A stretch of DNA of 64,000 nt, from assembly GCA_051294375.1 (NCBI GenBank), contig CM119267.1:23796377-23860376 (forward strand), written 5' to 3'. Under the pieces are notes generated by a model. That model ran no database searches and had not been told where the DNA came from. It was given only the letters and a program-made list of their open reading frames with translations. The translations under genes and the position numbers were made by a program. The DNA is from Paraspadella gotoi (taxonomy: Eukaryota > Animalia > Chaetognatha). The stretch's first letter is position 1. Every line of letters starts with the position of its first letter. Positions 26,378 through 40,208 of the stretch are shown here, piece after piece.

Positions 26378-28248
26378 TTTAATGTTTACTTCGTCTCTCA
26401 CAAGATGAAGTGCCTCGCAAACGTCGAAAATGTCTCCCAGTCTAGTTCATTAAATAAAAGATATTCCTTATCAGCAATGAAGTTTTTTAACATTTTTATG
26501 TATATATTTTCCTAATGCTTTCTTTCTTATTTCTCCCCATCATTATCTTTCTTCCCATCTCTTTCCTTCATCTTCTCTCTTTCTATCTTTTCCCTCTTGA
26601 CTTGAAGAGTCAGATCATAAATTTCACTTTTTTGTCTTATCACTGTCTATGTGTCTGTCTCTCGTCTGTAAGAGATTCTTTTTTCCAGCCACATTCTCTC
26701 TCTCTCTCGTATCTTCTCTCATTCTCTCTCTCTGCTCTCTCTCATCTTCTCTCTCTCTCTTCTCTCCTCTCTCTCCTCAAACCTTTGCGCTCAAGCACTA
26801 GAATTTCCCTCACTCTCAGACGCCAGTGTATAACGGTGATGTAGTGTAGAGTTAAAAACCTTCAAGTAACAGTAATAAAATAAACAAACATATTTCTCTA
26901 GTTCATGTCAATAACATACTTAGTAGGCATTCTCCGAAGACAGGAGTTGTGAAAAAATTACTTAAATCTTCTGCTCGCCAGCGTTTGATTCCATAGGCGC
27001 GTTGCAAACTTCAGTATACAACCTTTTCGTCAACATCCTGACGAACGCTAAGCAAAGCATCATTGTTATACTGTTACGATGCCAGATTCACGCGCGCACC
27101 GGACCTCTCTTACACTCCCCCGCTGTATGTACACGGGACACTAATACATGAAGAGAGTCATCCGCACCGCTGCTCTGTCGGCCCGAATGCTCATTAGAGC
27201 CGTCTGCAAATTGTCCCACTCCAGCATGCAACCCGAGTTTTTATCCCCCATGAGTTTCAGGCTCGCTTGGACGACCGCATTGAAGTACGCTGACGGGCCC
27301 CTTGGCATCTCCTAGGGGGGATTGAAAACCCCAGCCAACTCAGTTGGCTCCAAAATTTGATGGAGGCGCCAAACTCCCCCCTCTGGCATCCCGAAGCGCG
27401 CCAACCGATCACGGCGTTCGATCTCTGGCGTGGTTTTTTCCTTCTCGACGATTTTTTGCTTGTGCAACCGGCGTCGTCCTCCTATGATGATGCCACTGCC
27501 TTATTGTTCGCCTCCCCCCGCTTGCCGTTCATGCGGCCACCCGGCATTTTCCGATGTCCGTTCTTCTCTCTGCGTCAATCATCTTGTCTTGGGGGGTATT
27601 ACTTCGGCATCGCGAGGTCACAGGAAAGAGATGAGGTGCATGTTTGGGTGCAGAAACCGTATCACCATTGAAAGTTTGCTTTACCTTGGAATTCCCCCCC
27701 GCTCTTGCTTTCACAAGATTAATCAATTTGTTCAAACTCTGACTCACTCAGTTTCACGTAGCTTTTTCAAAGACTTGTTCAAGCCTTAGTTCAAGCCTCA
27801 TTCAAATTTCTATAACTTCAGATCTTTTAAATTTTGGTTTTTAATGTTTCACTTCGCTCTCACAAGATGAAGTGCCTCGCAAACGTCGGAAAAGTGCTCC
27901 CAGTCTAGTTCATTAAATAAAAGATATTCCTTATCAGCAATGAAGTTTTTTAAACATTTTATTGTATTATATTTTTCAATGCTTTCTTTCTTATTTCTCC
28001 CCATCATTATCTTTCTTCCCATCTCTTTCCTTCACATCTCTCTCTCTTTCTATCTTTTCCCTCTTGACTTGAAGAGTCAGATCATAAGATTTCACTTTTT
28101 GTCTTATCACTGTCTATGTGTTCTGTCTCTTCCGTCTGTAAGAGATTCTTTTTTCCAGCCACATTCTCTCTCTCTCTATTTCTCTCTCTCTCTCTCTCTC
28201 TCTCTGCTCTCTCTCTCTCTCTCTCTCTCCCTCTCTCTCTCAAACCTT
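26378..28248 (+). repeat. ~410-bp direct repeats (26378-26786 and 27838-28248) flanking a ~1.05-kb unique segment
   Basis: tttaatgttt(c)acttcg...cacaagatgaagtgcctcgc...(CT)n caaacctt is present twice. Confidence 0.88.
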
Positions 28249-28592
28249 TCCTGGTTGTGTGATGTTACTGAGTTGTTTTTTTTAGCTTCCCTGGGCGATT
28301 GTAATTTTAAAGTGTAACCTATCCACACTCAAAAGTATTGATAACAAAAAAATACAAAAACAAAGTTTATTTTTGATAATATTCTCTCATTTTTGTCGTC
28401 GCGTCGTCGTCGTCGTCGTTATAGTCATCGTCTTCCTTTATATCGTCGTCGTCTGTCGTCGTCGTCGTCGTCGTCTTCTTCTTCTTCTTCTTCAGAGTCC
28501 GATTTCTATTTCCGTTTTCTTCACGAATCTTCAGCTTCGCTTCCGCAAAACGCGGATAACGAACGTCTCTCTTCTCTCTCTCTCTCTCTCGA

Positions 28593-28644
<52 letters not shown>

Positions 28645-28989
28645 TTCTTTTCGCGTCTACTTTTTTGGACCTTTTCTATCAAGGCTTTATTCAACAATTT
28701 TCCTCTTAGGATAAATGGAAAGAAAGAAAGAAAGAAAGAAAGAAAGAAAAAGAACAGGAATAGAAGGAAGAGAAAATAAGACGGGCAGTTCATACGAAAG
28801 AAAGAATATAGATAAAGAGTAATGTCATCATAGAAAGATTTTCTGTATTAAGAAAGAAGGAAAGAAAGAAAGAGAAAAAAATTACATTTTCTTTTTATCG
28901 CTCTCTTTTTTTCCTCCTTGACCAATTTAGTGATTTGTCGACAAGTCGTTACCAACTTTTTTTTAAAACGACATTTTTTATATCCGTTT

Positions 28990-29565
28990 TTTAGTTACGC
29001 CGCGAGTACTCGCGGAGCAACTCTATAAGTCACTTTTCGGTCGGTCGGTCCGTCTGTCGGTCGGCCGATCGGTCGGTCGATCCATTGGTATGTCTGTCCA
29101 TCGTTCTGTCCCATTTACGTTCAAAACGCTTATAACTTACTTATAGTTTGTTGTTCATTTGTTAAAAAACAAATCTAAGCGACTACTGGCTCCTTTTGTT
29201 TTTAAAAAAATAAGTAAATAAATTAATAAAAAGAAAAGTAATGAGGCGCAACACCTTGGAATAACAGTTCCTTGTTATGCTTATTTTCAGTTATATTATA
29301 AGTTAGTCGATATCTATATCTATATCCGTCGGTTTGTCCCACTTACGTTAAAAATTCATATAATTTGCCTATAGTTGGTTGCTCTTTTGTTAAGACAGAA
29401 AAAACCTAAAATCTAAGGGACTGCAAGCGCCGCGTTCAGGAAATCTAAAAAGAAATAAAATATGGAATTTTGATGCAGTGCATGTCATAAATACACGGAC
29501 TGAGAAAGCTATAGTAGTCATGTTAGGTCACGTCATGTCATGTCAAGTCATGTTATGTCGTGTCG
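28990..29565 (+). mobile_element. HINE-like dispersed repeat with a terminal 16-bp palindrome and an internal partial duplication
   Basis: T-rich flank, perfect palindrome ccgcgagtactcgcgg (29000-29015), ctctataagtcac, then a (gtcg/gtcc) microsatellite. The core block (ccca.ttacgtt...tatagtt.gttg) occurs twice, at ~29110 and ~29338. Confidence 0.6.
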
Positions 29566-29937
29566 CAACACATTTGAATTACCGTTCTTTTTATTATTTT
29601 TTTTTCATTATTTTTCCGCATCGCATTTTTAACCTTTTTTTTCTCTTCCCATTTTTTTATAGATTTTTTCGTTGGGGATGAAAAGATTTAATATCCGTAT
29701 TAATCTCTCCCTTTGTCGCCCGCGGCCTCAGTTTATGGTCATAAGACTTTTAAAAAAAAATAAACTTTTTTAATTAGCGTTCGTTAAAGTTTATAAACTG
29801 TTATTTAGTAATGAAAAAAAAACTTTAAAATTCTCTCGGTTTTTCAAATTAAAAAAAAATTGTTTTCGCTCAATCGAGAAATTTGTCTCGATTAAAAACG
29901 AGAAAAAAAGTTAATGTCCATTCATTCCATCGACGAA

Positions 29938-29981
<44 letters not shown>

Positions 29982-31019
29982 GCGACGACGACGGCGACCG
30001 AACGACCCGGTTCTCTGGTTCCGGTCCTGACAGCGTCCTTCCATTTATTAATTAATTCACTATAAAATTGTGTAGTAAAGAGGCCGGTGGTCAAACGAGG
30101 GAAAAAACGTTTCAAAACGATCAATAGATTTACGCGCAGAATCGGAAGAATAAATTCAGCTTAATATTAAAGCTTTTTAATTCTATGTAACACGTATCTA
30201 TGAATCGAATTCATTACTAAATTTCTGGTAAAAAATAACAGTTTGTAGCTATAATTACTAGTTTACTACTCTTTTTAAAAATTTAATTTCAATTTTTATC
30301 ATCGACTTTTCATTTTCTCTAACATCTGTCGTCTAATTTCTATTTAACAAAAGAGCATTGAATACATTTTTCTCTTTTTGGAAAATCGATCCGGGGATGA
30401 AAACCCTGATTTTGACCCAATTAGAAAAATTGTTTTCATTTTTAAAAATAGATACAACTGGTTACAGCATATTTTGTAATTTTTTATTCAGTTTTCTTCT
30501 TTTTTTTTCTTCCAAATGTTTTCTTTGTTCTCAAGTTTTTTATTCTTTAGCTTTTGTTTCCTTATTTTGTCAACACTGTTTTTCTTTCGTTTCCTGTTCC
30601 TTCTTTTTTTCCTTTTTATTTTCCTTTTCCTTTTTTTTTTACGTTTTCGTTTTCCTTTGTTTATCTTTTCTTTTTTTTACAAATAAAAGGTTCCCTCGAC
30701 TTATCGGCCATTTTATCCACTGGTTCCGTTTTTACGTCCCGTTGCATGGCGCTGCGTCACGCCGCGTCACAGTGGGCGACGTTGTCTGGACGAAAGGGGA
30801 AAACTTCCCATTTGGGACGAGAAATCCGAAATGTTCACGGGTCTGAATCACCGACTGTGAATTCTCACATCCAAGGCCTTCACTCACTGATCTCTCTCAA
30901 CCAACAGCCTTTTCTCCATCATTTCCCTTCCTTTAACTCTCCTTTCTCTTCCTTTCTCCAGCCCTTTCAACAGCCTTTTCTCCATCATTTCCCTTCCTCT
31001 AACTCTCCTTTCTCAAAAG

Positions 31020-32240
31020 AGGAGAGGAGTTCGTCGTTTTCCTCCTTGTTTCAACGCCTCAGTTTCCTCTTCTCGTTGTTTGGCTGAAATATCGTCGTCG
31101 TCGTCAGTCGTCGTCCGTCGTCGTGTCGTCCGTCGTTTTTGCACTCTTTTTCACGCCTCAGTTTTCCTTCTTCTTCGTTGTTTGGCTTGAAAACTGTCCG
31201 TCGCGTCCGTCGTTCGTCGTCTGTCGTCGTCGTCGTCCGTCGTGTTTTCTACTCTTTTTCAACGCGTCCAGTTCTCCTCTTCTTCGTGTTTGGCTGAAAA
31301 TCGTCAGTCGTCGTCGTCGTCGTCAGTCGTCGTCAGGTCGCGTGTTTTCCCATCTTTCACGCACAACTCACGTCTTCCTCTTTCTTCGTTGTTATGGCTG
31401 AAAATCGTCGTTCGGTCGTCGTCGTCGTCGTCGTCGTCGTCTTAATACGTCAATAGTCGTCGTTTTCCTCTTTTTCACGCTCAGTTTCCTCTTCTTCGTT
31501 GTGCTGAAAATCGTCGTCGTGTACGTCCGTCGTGCGTCGTCGTTGTCTGTTCCCTTTAGATCCAGTCACATGATTCTGATCGTCCGTTTGTCAGTTCTCG
31601 TACAATAATGTTGTCACCCGCCTTCAGTTCTCTTAATTCAGCGTTGCTCAATTGGACTGAAAAATTCGTCGTCGTCGTCGTCGTTCTGTCGTGTCAAATC
31701 CGTGTCGTCGTCGTCGTCGTTTTTCCTCTTTTTCACGCCTCAGTTTCCTCTTCTTCGTTGTTTGACTGAAAAATCGTTCGTCGTGTCGTCGTTACGTCGT
31801 CGTCGTTGCGTCGTCGTGTCGTTTCCTCTTTTTCACGCCTCAGTTTCCTTCTTTCTTCGTTGTTTTGGCTGAAAATCGCTCGTTCGGTCGTCGTCGTCCG
31901 TCGTCGTCGTCGTCGTTCGTCGTCGTCGTCGTCGTTTTCCTCTTTTTCACGCCTCAGTTTCCTCTTCTCGTTGTTTGGGCTGCAAACAATCGTCCGTCGT
32001 CGTCGTCGTCTGTTGGTCGTTGCCGTCGTCGTCGTCGTACTGTGTCGTGCTGTCGCTCTTTTTCCCACGCCGTCAGTTTCCTCTTCTTCGTTTGTTTGGC
32101 TGAAAAGTCGTCGTCCGCTCGTCGTCGTCTATCGTCGTCGCTCGTCGTCGTCGTCGTCGTTTTCCTCTTTTTCACGCCCTCAGTTTCCTCTTCTTCGTTG
32201 TTTTGGTGAAAAATGTCTGTCGTTCGCGTCGTTCCGTCGT
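31020..32240. repeat. Compound tandem repeat: ttttcctctttttcacgcctcagtttcctcttcttcgttgtttggctgaaaa plus variable (gtc)n, x~11
   Basis: The unit recurs every ~100 bp. One clean inverted copy lies at 42725-42880. Confidence 0.88.
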
Positions 32241-34621
32241 CGTCGTCGTCCCGTCCGTCGATCGCGCGGTTCCCTCCGTGGTTCCCCGTCCCGTCTCCTT
32301 CGCGGACTTTAGTCATATTTTCAGTTGTTGTTGTTGTCCGTTATCGCCGGTCCTCTCTTTCTTCTTCTTTGTCCGTCAGACTTGTCTGCTGTCTTGGTCG
32401 CCGTCGTCGTCTCGTCGGTTCGCTCGTCGTCGTCGTCGTTGTTGTCATGCCTTTGCAAAAGTAGACATGACTGGAGATCAATTTGTTAAACGTAGAAAGT
32501 TCGAGTTATGGAATGACAATTGGACAAAGGGAATGCGGGAGTGGGAAAAGGAAAAAATAATATATTGAGAATAGTATGATTATAGATAGATAGATAGATA
32601 GTAGATAGATAGATAGATAGAAATGATAGATAGATAGATAGATAGAAGATAGAAGGTAATCGATAGATAAGATATAGTTTTGTAACGACTAGATTAGATA
32701 AATAGAAAACCAAACTGCAAAACAAATCCATCACCTAAAAATTTTAAAAAATAATTAAAATAGAATCGATAAGAAAAATATACAAAGAAAAATAAAAGTG
32801 AAACAAAAAAGATCAGCGAGACGAGAAAATGATAAATATTATTAAATGACAGAAAAAAAGGGGAAAAAAAAGAGGAAAAGAGCACAATCAAAGGCGGAAC
32901 AAAGGGATCGACGATGAATGGGGGGCAAGACGAACGACATGCACGAATGAGGACAGAGTCAGTCAGAGTGAGACAGAGTGTGAAAAGGGGCACAATAGAA
33001 GAGAGAGAGATGGAGATTTAAGGTTGAAGAAAAAAGTAATTTTGATTTGAGAGAAATCAAGTAGGGATTCGTTTGAGGGTTAAAGGTGCATTGAGCCTTT
33101 TTAAAGATGAGAAAAAGATGGAGAGAGAAGGAGAGAGAGAAGAGTAGAGAGAGAGAGAAGAGAGAGAGACGAGAGAGAGACCAGAGAGAGCAGACCGAGA
33201 GAGAGTGAGAGAGCAAGGCGTCATGAATTCCATTATCGCGCGTGCTGCGAAGTGAACAGATGGGAACGGTGTATCAGGTGGGAAAGCCGGATGAGAACGA
33301 CGCGACGACCGACGACGAAACGGACTGACGACCAACGACAAGCATACACAACGAAAGTTAATAGTCGACAGCCTCCAAGAGCACCAACTATCTGCGCGTT
33401 ACAACCTGACCATAATAATAACAATTAACAATAGCAAAGACCAATTCTATCCGGGCGGGGAGGAGAGAGAGAGAGAGAGACAGAGAGAGAGAGAGACGAG
33501 AGAGAGAAAGAGAGAAGAGAACGAGAGATGAAGAGAGAGAAGTTCGGGGTATAGGTTTATAAAAGTAAAGGGCTGAAAAAGAATGATGACTTCATCCAAG
33601 ATGTTAAGGCCGGGAAGCTCTTTTGCTGGAACCTGCTCTCCTCTCTCTCTCTCTTCTCTCTCTCGTCTCCTCTCTCTCTTCCTCTCTCTCTCTCCTCTCT
33701 CTCTTCGTTCTTCTGAAATTGGTCGTAATAGGTCTTGAAGGGAGTGGGAGGCTCCGCGTTCGAAATGACAACAACAACGATTTTTTAAAAAAGTTAAAAC
33801 GTGAAATTTATTATATATAAATATTTCTTTAGGTAATTCTATTTATCAACTAATGAAAGAACAAAATGAGTGAGAGTCCTCTTAAATAATAATAATCACA
33901 ACCTCCTAAGACCATGAACGCCTAAAAATAAATAAATCTCTGCTAAAAATGAAGGCGAGTTGCTTTTAAAAATATGACATTCAAAGTCTTCTTAAAATGC
34001 AACGCGAGTACTTAACAATATAATACTAAGCCTAAAATGAAATGCGATATGATTCGCAGGTTCGTCTACCGACGCCCGCAAATTCTCGTTTGAGTCTCAA
34101 CCTCATTTTTCCCGAGACAAAATCCGGTGGTCACTGGTCAAAAAATATCGACGTTTGTCCCGCGAATAAAAAAGGGAGGGTGAGAAAAATGGAAGAAGGG
34201 TAAGAAATGAAAAGAGGGGAAATGAAGGAAGGCGTCGAGAATGAAAGGAGGAGGAAAAATGAAGAAGGGAAGGAAATAAAAAGGAAATAGTGAAAATGCG
34301 GGAAATGGGACCAAAAGTATATGAGAATGAAACGTGGAGAAATAAATAAGGAACTAAAATAAATGAGTGAAAATTGAAGATGAAAAAATAAACAAAGATA
34401 TATATAAATATATATTAAATATTGTTATATACATAAGTATTTAAAATGGAGAAAAAAAAGAATTGATAATTGGAGAAAAAAACTATTTGGCAAAAATTAA
34501 ACGGAATAAGTATTAATTTTAAAAAATGTAACAAATGAGGTAAAAACCATGAGGGAGAAAAAGTGCTGAAGTCGAAGAAAGAAAAGAAAGAAAATGAGAC
34601 GAAATGAATGAAGAGGGCGAC

Positions 34622-34672
<51 letters not shown>

Positions 34673-35041
34673 GAGAGGAGAGAGGGAGAGAGTGAGGAGA
34701 GAGAGAGAGAGAGAGATGTTCATTAGAAACTCGTCCGAGTCAAATGGGCGAATATGGTGGGAGTTAAGGTAGTAGGGAGGAGGGGAGGGAGAGAGGGGAG
34801 AGAGAGAGAGAAGAGAAAAAGAAGAGAGAGAGAGAGAGGAGGGAGAGGGGAGAGAAAGGAAGGGAGGAATAGCGGTGGGGAGGAATAGAGGGAGGCAGCA
34901 GAGGGAGAGAAAGAAAGAAAGAGGGAGCAAAGAAAGAGAGGGAAGAAGAAAGGGGGAAAAGGTGATTAACGTGGGAAAGAAGGGAGGGAGAGAATGGATG
35001 AAGAGTAAGGCGTATGTAAAATTTCTAAAATTTAACTTTAA

Positions 35042-37455
35042 TTAAAATTCTAAGTGAGGAACGAACAACATTATATTAATGAACATTTATGTAATAAAAA
35101 ATTTATAATATATTTTACAATTTATGCAGTCGGCCATATTTTATACTAGTACTAAACCAATAAATGTTAAAATTTCAATAACAGTTTTTTCAAAGATTTT
35201 TTTGCAGATTTGGATTCGTCATAAAATAGTTGATAAAAGAAATATAACTCTTTTTGAAAAATTAAATCGATTAGAAAAAGCTATATTTTAAGCTGAAAAA
35301 TTAACTTTTTATTATTAAATATAGTTTTTTTTAATTTTTAACCCACTTAATGAAAGAATTTTTAAAAAATGATTATATTTTCTTTTATCAACTTTTGCGA
35401 GGAATTCAAAATCTGCAATCAAAATTAGAAAAGCTTATTTTGAAATTTTTCGAATTGATAAGGATAGTACTATATATAAATATAGCCTACTGCGAAGATT
35501 AAAAAACATAAAATTAATTTTTTTTTACAAATTAATGTTCAACTGATGGATTTTTGTTCATAATTGACTTTTTAGAATTTTCGTATGTTAACTTTCCTAC
35601 GCCTTAATGAAGAGTGGAAAAAGGGCGACAGGGGGCGTGGATGTCAAAGGTCAATGAATGCGAATTTCTTCTCTCGTCACCCGCGAGAAAATGAGAGTGG
35701 GTGAGGCGAAGCCAAAGAGGCGACCGTTGGAGTGGGTAAGGGAAGGAAAGGCGGGGAGAGAGGGAGTTAAGAGGAAGGGAAATGAATGGAGAAAAGGCTG
35801 TTGAGGGGATGGAGAAAGGAAGAGAAAGGAGAGTTTAGAGGAAGGGAAATGATGGAGAAAAGACTGTTGAAGGGGATGGAGAAAGGAAGAGAAAGGAGAG
35901 TTAGAGGAAGGGAAATGATGGAGAAAAGACTGTTGAAGGGGATGGAGAAAGGAAGAAGAAAGGAGAGTTAGAGAAGGGAAATGATGGAGAAAAGAACTGT
36001 TGAAGGGCTGGAGAAAGGAAGAGAAAGGAAAGTTACAGGAAGGAAAATGATGGAGAAAAGACTGTTGAAGGGGCTGGAGAAAGGAAAGAGAAAGGAGAGT
36101 TAGAGGAAAGGGAAATGATGGAAAAAGGACTGTTGAAGGGCTAGAGAAAGGAAGAGAAAGGAAAGTTACAGGAAGGGAAATGATGGAGAAAAGGCTGTTG
36201 AAGGGGCTGGAGAAAGGAATAGAAAAAGGNNNNNNNNNNNNNNNNNNNNNNNNNTTAAAATCTAAAAAGTGAGGAACGAACAACATTATATAATGAACAT
36301 TTATGTAATAAAAAATTTATAATATATTTTAACAATTTATGCAGTCGGCCATATTTTATACTCAGTACTCAAACCAATAAATGTTAAAATTTCAATAACA
36401 GTTTTTTTAAAGATTTTTTTGCAGATTTGGATTCGTCATAAAAAGTTGATAAAAGAAATATAACTCTTTTTGAAAATTCCTTCATTAAGAGGTCAAAAAT
36501 TTAGAAAAAGCTATATTTTAAGCTGAAAAATTAACTTTTTAATATATTAAATATAGTTTTTTTTAATTTTTAACCCACTTAATGAAAGGAATTTTTAAAA
36601 ATTATTTATATTTTCTTTTATTAACTTTTGGACGAGGAATTCAAAATCTGCAATCAAAATTAGAAAACTTATTTTGAAATTTTTCGAATTGATAAGGATA
36701 GTACTATATATAAATATAGCCTACTGCGAAGATTAAAAAACATAAAATTAATTTTTTTTTTACAAATTAATGTTCACTGATGGATTTTGTTCATAATTGA
36801 CTTTTAGAATTTTCGTATGTTAACTTTCACCTACGCCTTAATGAAGAGTGGAAAAAGGGCGACAGGCGGGCGTGGATGTCAAAGGTCAATGAATGCGAAT
36901 TTCTTCTCTCGTCACCGCGAAGAAAATGAGAGTGGGTGAGGGAAGCCAAAGAGGCGGACCGTTGGAGGGTAAGGGAAGGAAAGGCGGGGAGAGAGGGAGT
37001 TAAGAGGAAGGGAAATGATGAGAAAAGGCTGTAAGGGGATGGGAAAGGAAGAGAAAGGAGAGTTTAGAGGAAGGGAAATGATGGAGAAAAGACTGTTGAA
37101 GGGGATGGAGAAAGGAAGAGAAAGGAGAGTTAGAGGAGGGAAATGATGGAGAAAAGACTGTTGAAGGGGATGGAGAAAGGAAGAAGAAAGGAGAGTTAGA
37201 GAAGGGAAATGATGAGAAAAAGACTGTTGAAGGGCTGGAGAAAGGAGAGAAAAGGAAAGTTACAGGAAGGAAAATGATGGAGAAAAGACTGTTGAAGGGG
37301 CTGGAGAAAGGAAGAGAAGAGGAGAGTTAGAGGAAAGGAAATGATGGAAAAAGGACTGTTGAAAGGGCTAGAGAAAGGAAGAGAAAGGAAAGTTACAGGA
37401 AGGGAAATTGATGGAGAAAAGGCTGTTGAAGGGGCTGGAAAAGGAATAGAAAAAG
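35042..37455 (+). repeat. ~1.2-kb direct duplication across a 25-N gap (35042-36229 versus 36255-37455)
   Basis: Colinear copies both starting ttaaaat(t)cta...gtgaggaacgaacaacattata. Confidence 0.9.
36258..36812. mobile_element. AT-rich ~550-bp imperfect palindrome (foldback/MITE-like); copies at ~35045-35585 and ~39180-39770
   Basis: Nested arm pairs: tgcagatttggattcgtc / gacgaggaattcaaaatctgca; aaagttgataaaagaaatata / tatattttcttttattaacttt; ttccttcattaag / cttaatgaaaggaa; aaaagctatattt / aaatatagtttt. Centre at ~36525. Confidence 0.7.
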
Positions 37456-37635
37456 GGAGTTAGAGGAAAGGGAATCATCGGAGAAAAGGCTGGTGAAAGG
37501 GCTGGAGAAAGGAAGAGAAAAGGAGAGTTAGAGGAAGGGAAAAGATGGAGAAAAGGCTGTTTGAAAGGGCTGGAGAAAAGGAAGAGAAAGAGACGTTATA
37601 AAGGAAGGGAAATGATATGGAGAAAGGCTGTTGGT
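36995..37635. repeat. ~60-bp purine-rich minisatellite (gaagggaaatgatggagaaaagactgttgaaggggatggagaaaggaagagaaaggagagttagag) x~11
   Basis: Tandem units are visible; also at 35765-36229, and inverted at 30900-31015 and 38280-38990. Confidence 0.92.
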
Positions 37636-40170
37636 TGAGAGAGAATTCAGTGAGTTGAAGGCCTTAAAGTTAAATTTAGAAATTTTACTACGCCTTACTC
37701 TTCATCCATCTCTCCCTCCTTCTCTCCCACGTTAATCACCTTTTCCCCCTTTCTTCTTCCCTCTCTCTTTGGTTCCCTCTTTCTTTTCTTCTCTCCCTCT
37801 CTGCCTCCCTCTATTCCTCCCCCGCCCCCAAGAGAGATGTGTTTCTTCTTTTTTTGTCTTCCAAATGTTTTCTTTGTTCTGCAAGTTTTTTATTCTTTAT
37901 TTTAGCTTTGTTCCTTATTTTGTCAACACTGTTTTTCTTCGTTTGCCTGTCCTTCTTTTTTTCCTTTTTATGGTTTCCTTTTCGCTTTTTTTTTTTACGT
38001 TTTCGTTTTCGCTTTGTTTATCTTTTCTTTTTTTTTTTACAAAATAAAAGGTTCCCATCGACTTTATGCGCCATATTTATCCACTGGTTCGCGATTTGTT
38101 ACGTCCCGTTGCATGGCGCTGCGTCACGGCCGCGGTGCACAGTGGGCGAGCGTTGTCATGGACGAAAAGGGGAAACAGCTTCAAGCATTTTGGGACGAGA
38201 AGATCCGAAATGTTGCACGGGTCGAATCACCGACTTGTGAATTCCTCACCATCCAAGGCCCTTCACTACACTGATCTCTTGCAACCAACAGCCTTTTCCT
38301 GCATCATTTCCCTGTCTGTTAACTTCTCCTTTCTCTTCCTTTCTTGCCAGCCGCTTTCAACAGCCTTTTCTCCATGCATTTTCCCTTCCTCTAACTCTCC
38401 TACTTTCTCTTCCTTGTCGTCGCAGCCCTTCTTTCACGGCAGCCTTTTCTCCATCATTTCCCTTCGCTCTAAACGGTCCGCTTTTCTGATTCCTTTCTCC
38501 AGCCCCTTCAAGCAAGCACTTTTCTCAGCAATCATTTCCGCTTCCTGTAACTTTCCTTTCTCTCTTCCTTTTCTAGGCCGGCGCTTCAAGCAGTCTTTTC
38601 TCCATACATTTCCATTCCATGCTAGACTCTCCTTTGCTCTTCCTTTCTCGCAGCCCTTAACAGTGCCTTTTCTGCACATCATTTTTCGTTCCTGTAACTT
38701 TCCTTGTCTCTTCGGCTTTCTCCAGCCCCTTCAACAGTCTTTCTCGCATGCATTTCCCTTCCAGGTGCTAAACGTCTCCTTTCTCTTCGCTTTCTCCTCG
38801 CCTGTCAACAGGTCTTTTCTCCATCATGTTCCGCTTCCTTCTAACTCTCCTTTCTCTTCCTTTCTCATCCCCTTCAACAGTCTTTTGTCCATGCATTTCC
38901 CCTTCCTTCTACTCTCACTTTCTCTTCGCTTTCTGCCATCCCTTCAACAGCCTTTTCTGCATCATTTCCCTTCCTGCTAACTCCCCTCTCTCCCCGCCTT
39001 TCTCCCTTACCGCTCCAAGCGTCCGCCTCTTTTGCTTCCTCACCGCACTCGTCATGTTTCTTCGGCGGTGACGATGGAGAAGAAATTCGCATTCAATTCG
39101 ACGCTTTGACATCCACGCCCGCCCTGTCGCGCCCTTTTTTCCACTCTTGCTTCATTAAGGCGTAGTGAAAGTTACAATACGAAAATTCTAAAAGTCAATT
39201 ATGAAGCAAAATACGCCATCAGTGAAGCATTGAATTTGTAAAAAAAAAAATTAATTTTATGTTTTTTAAATCTTCGAGTAGAGGGATCTATATTTATATA
39301 TAGTAGCTATCCTTATACAATTCGAAAAATTTCAAAATAAGCTTTTTCTTAATTTTGGAATTGCAGATTTTGGAATTCGCTCGTAAAAAGTTGATAAAAG
39401 AAAACATAAATCATTTTTAAAAATTCTTTCATTAAGTGGTTAAAATTATTAAAAAAAACTATATTTTAATATATAAAAAAGTTAATTTTCAGCTTAAAAT
39501 ATAGCTTTTCTAATTTTTGACCTACTTAATGAAGGCAATTTTTCAAAAAGAGTATATTTCTTTTTATCAAACTTTTTATGACGAAATGCCAAAATCTGCA
39601 AAGAAAATTCTTTAAAAAGAAACTGTTTTGAAATTTTAACATTTATTGGTTTAGTACTAGTATAATATGCCGACTGCAATAAATTGTAAAATATATTATA
39701 AATTTTTTATTTACATAAATGTTCATTAATATAATGTTGTTCGTTCCTGCAACTTTTAGAATTTATTTAAATTAAAGTAAATTTAGAAATTTACTAGCGG
39801 CCTTACTGCTTTCATGGCCATGCTGCTCCTCCTTTCTCCCCATTCGTTAATCACTTTTCCCCCTTTCTTCTTACCCTCTCTGCTTTTGTTCCCGTCTTTC
39901 TTTTCTGCTCTCGCCTCCTCTGCGCTCCCTCTATTCCTCGCCCGCTTATTCCTCCCTTCCTTTCTGCTGCCCGCTCCGCCTCCTCTCTCTCTTCTCTCTT
40001 CTCTTCTCTCTCTCTCTCGGCTCTGCTCCCTCCCCTGCGCTCCTACTCGCTTAACTCCAGCCGCATATTCAGCCCTTTGACTCGGACGAGTTTCTAATGA
40101 ACTGGATCGTCTCTCTCTCTCTCTCTCACATCTCTCCCTCTCTCANNNNNNNNNNNNNNNNNNNNNNNNN

Positions 40171-40208
<38 letters not shown>

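Noticed and set aside
31020-32240. Repeat-plus-variable-spacer pattern resembling a CRISPR array
   Set aside because: The spacers are just noisy (gtc)n tracts, the context is eukaryotic and there are no cas genes.
38066-38980. 304-aa ORF
   Set aside because: It is a translation of the inverted ~60-bp minisatellite in error-rich sequence.
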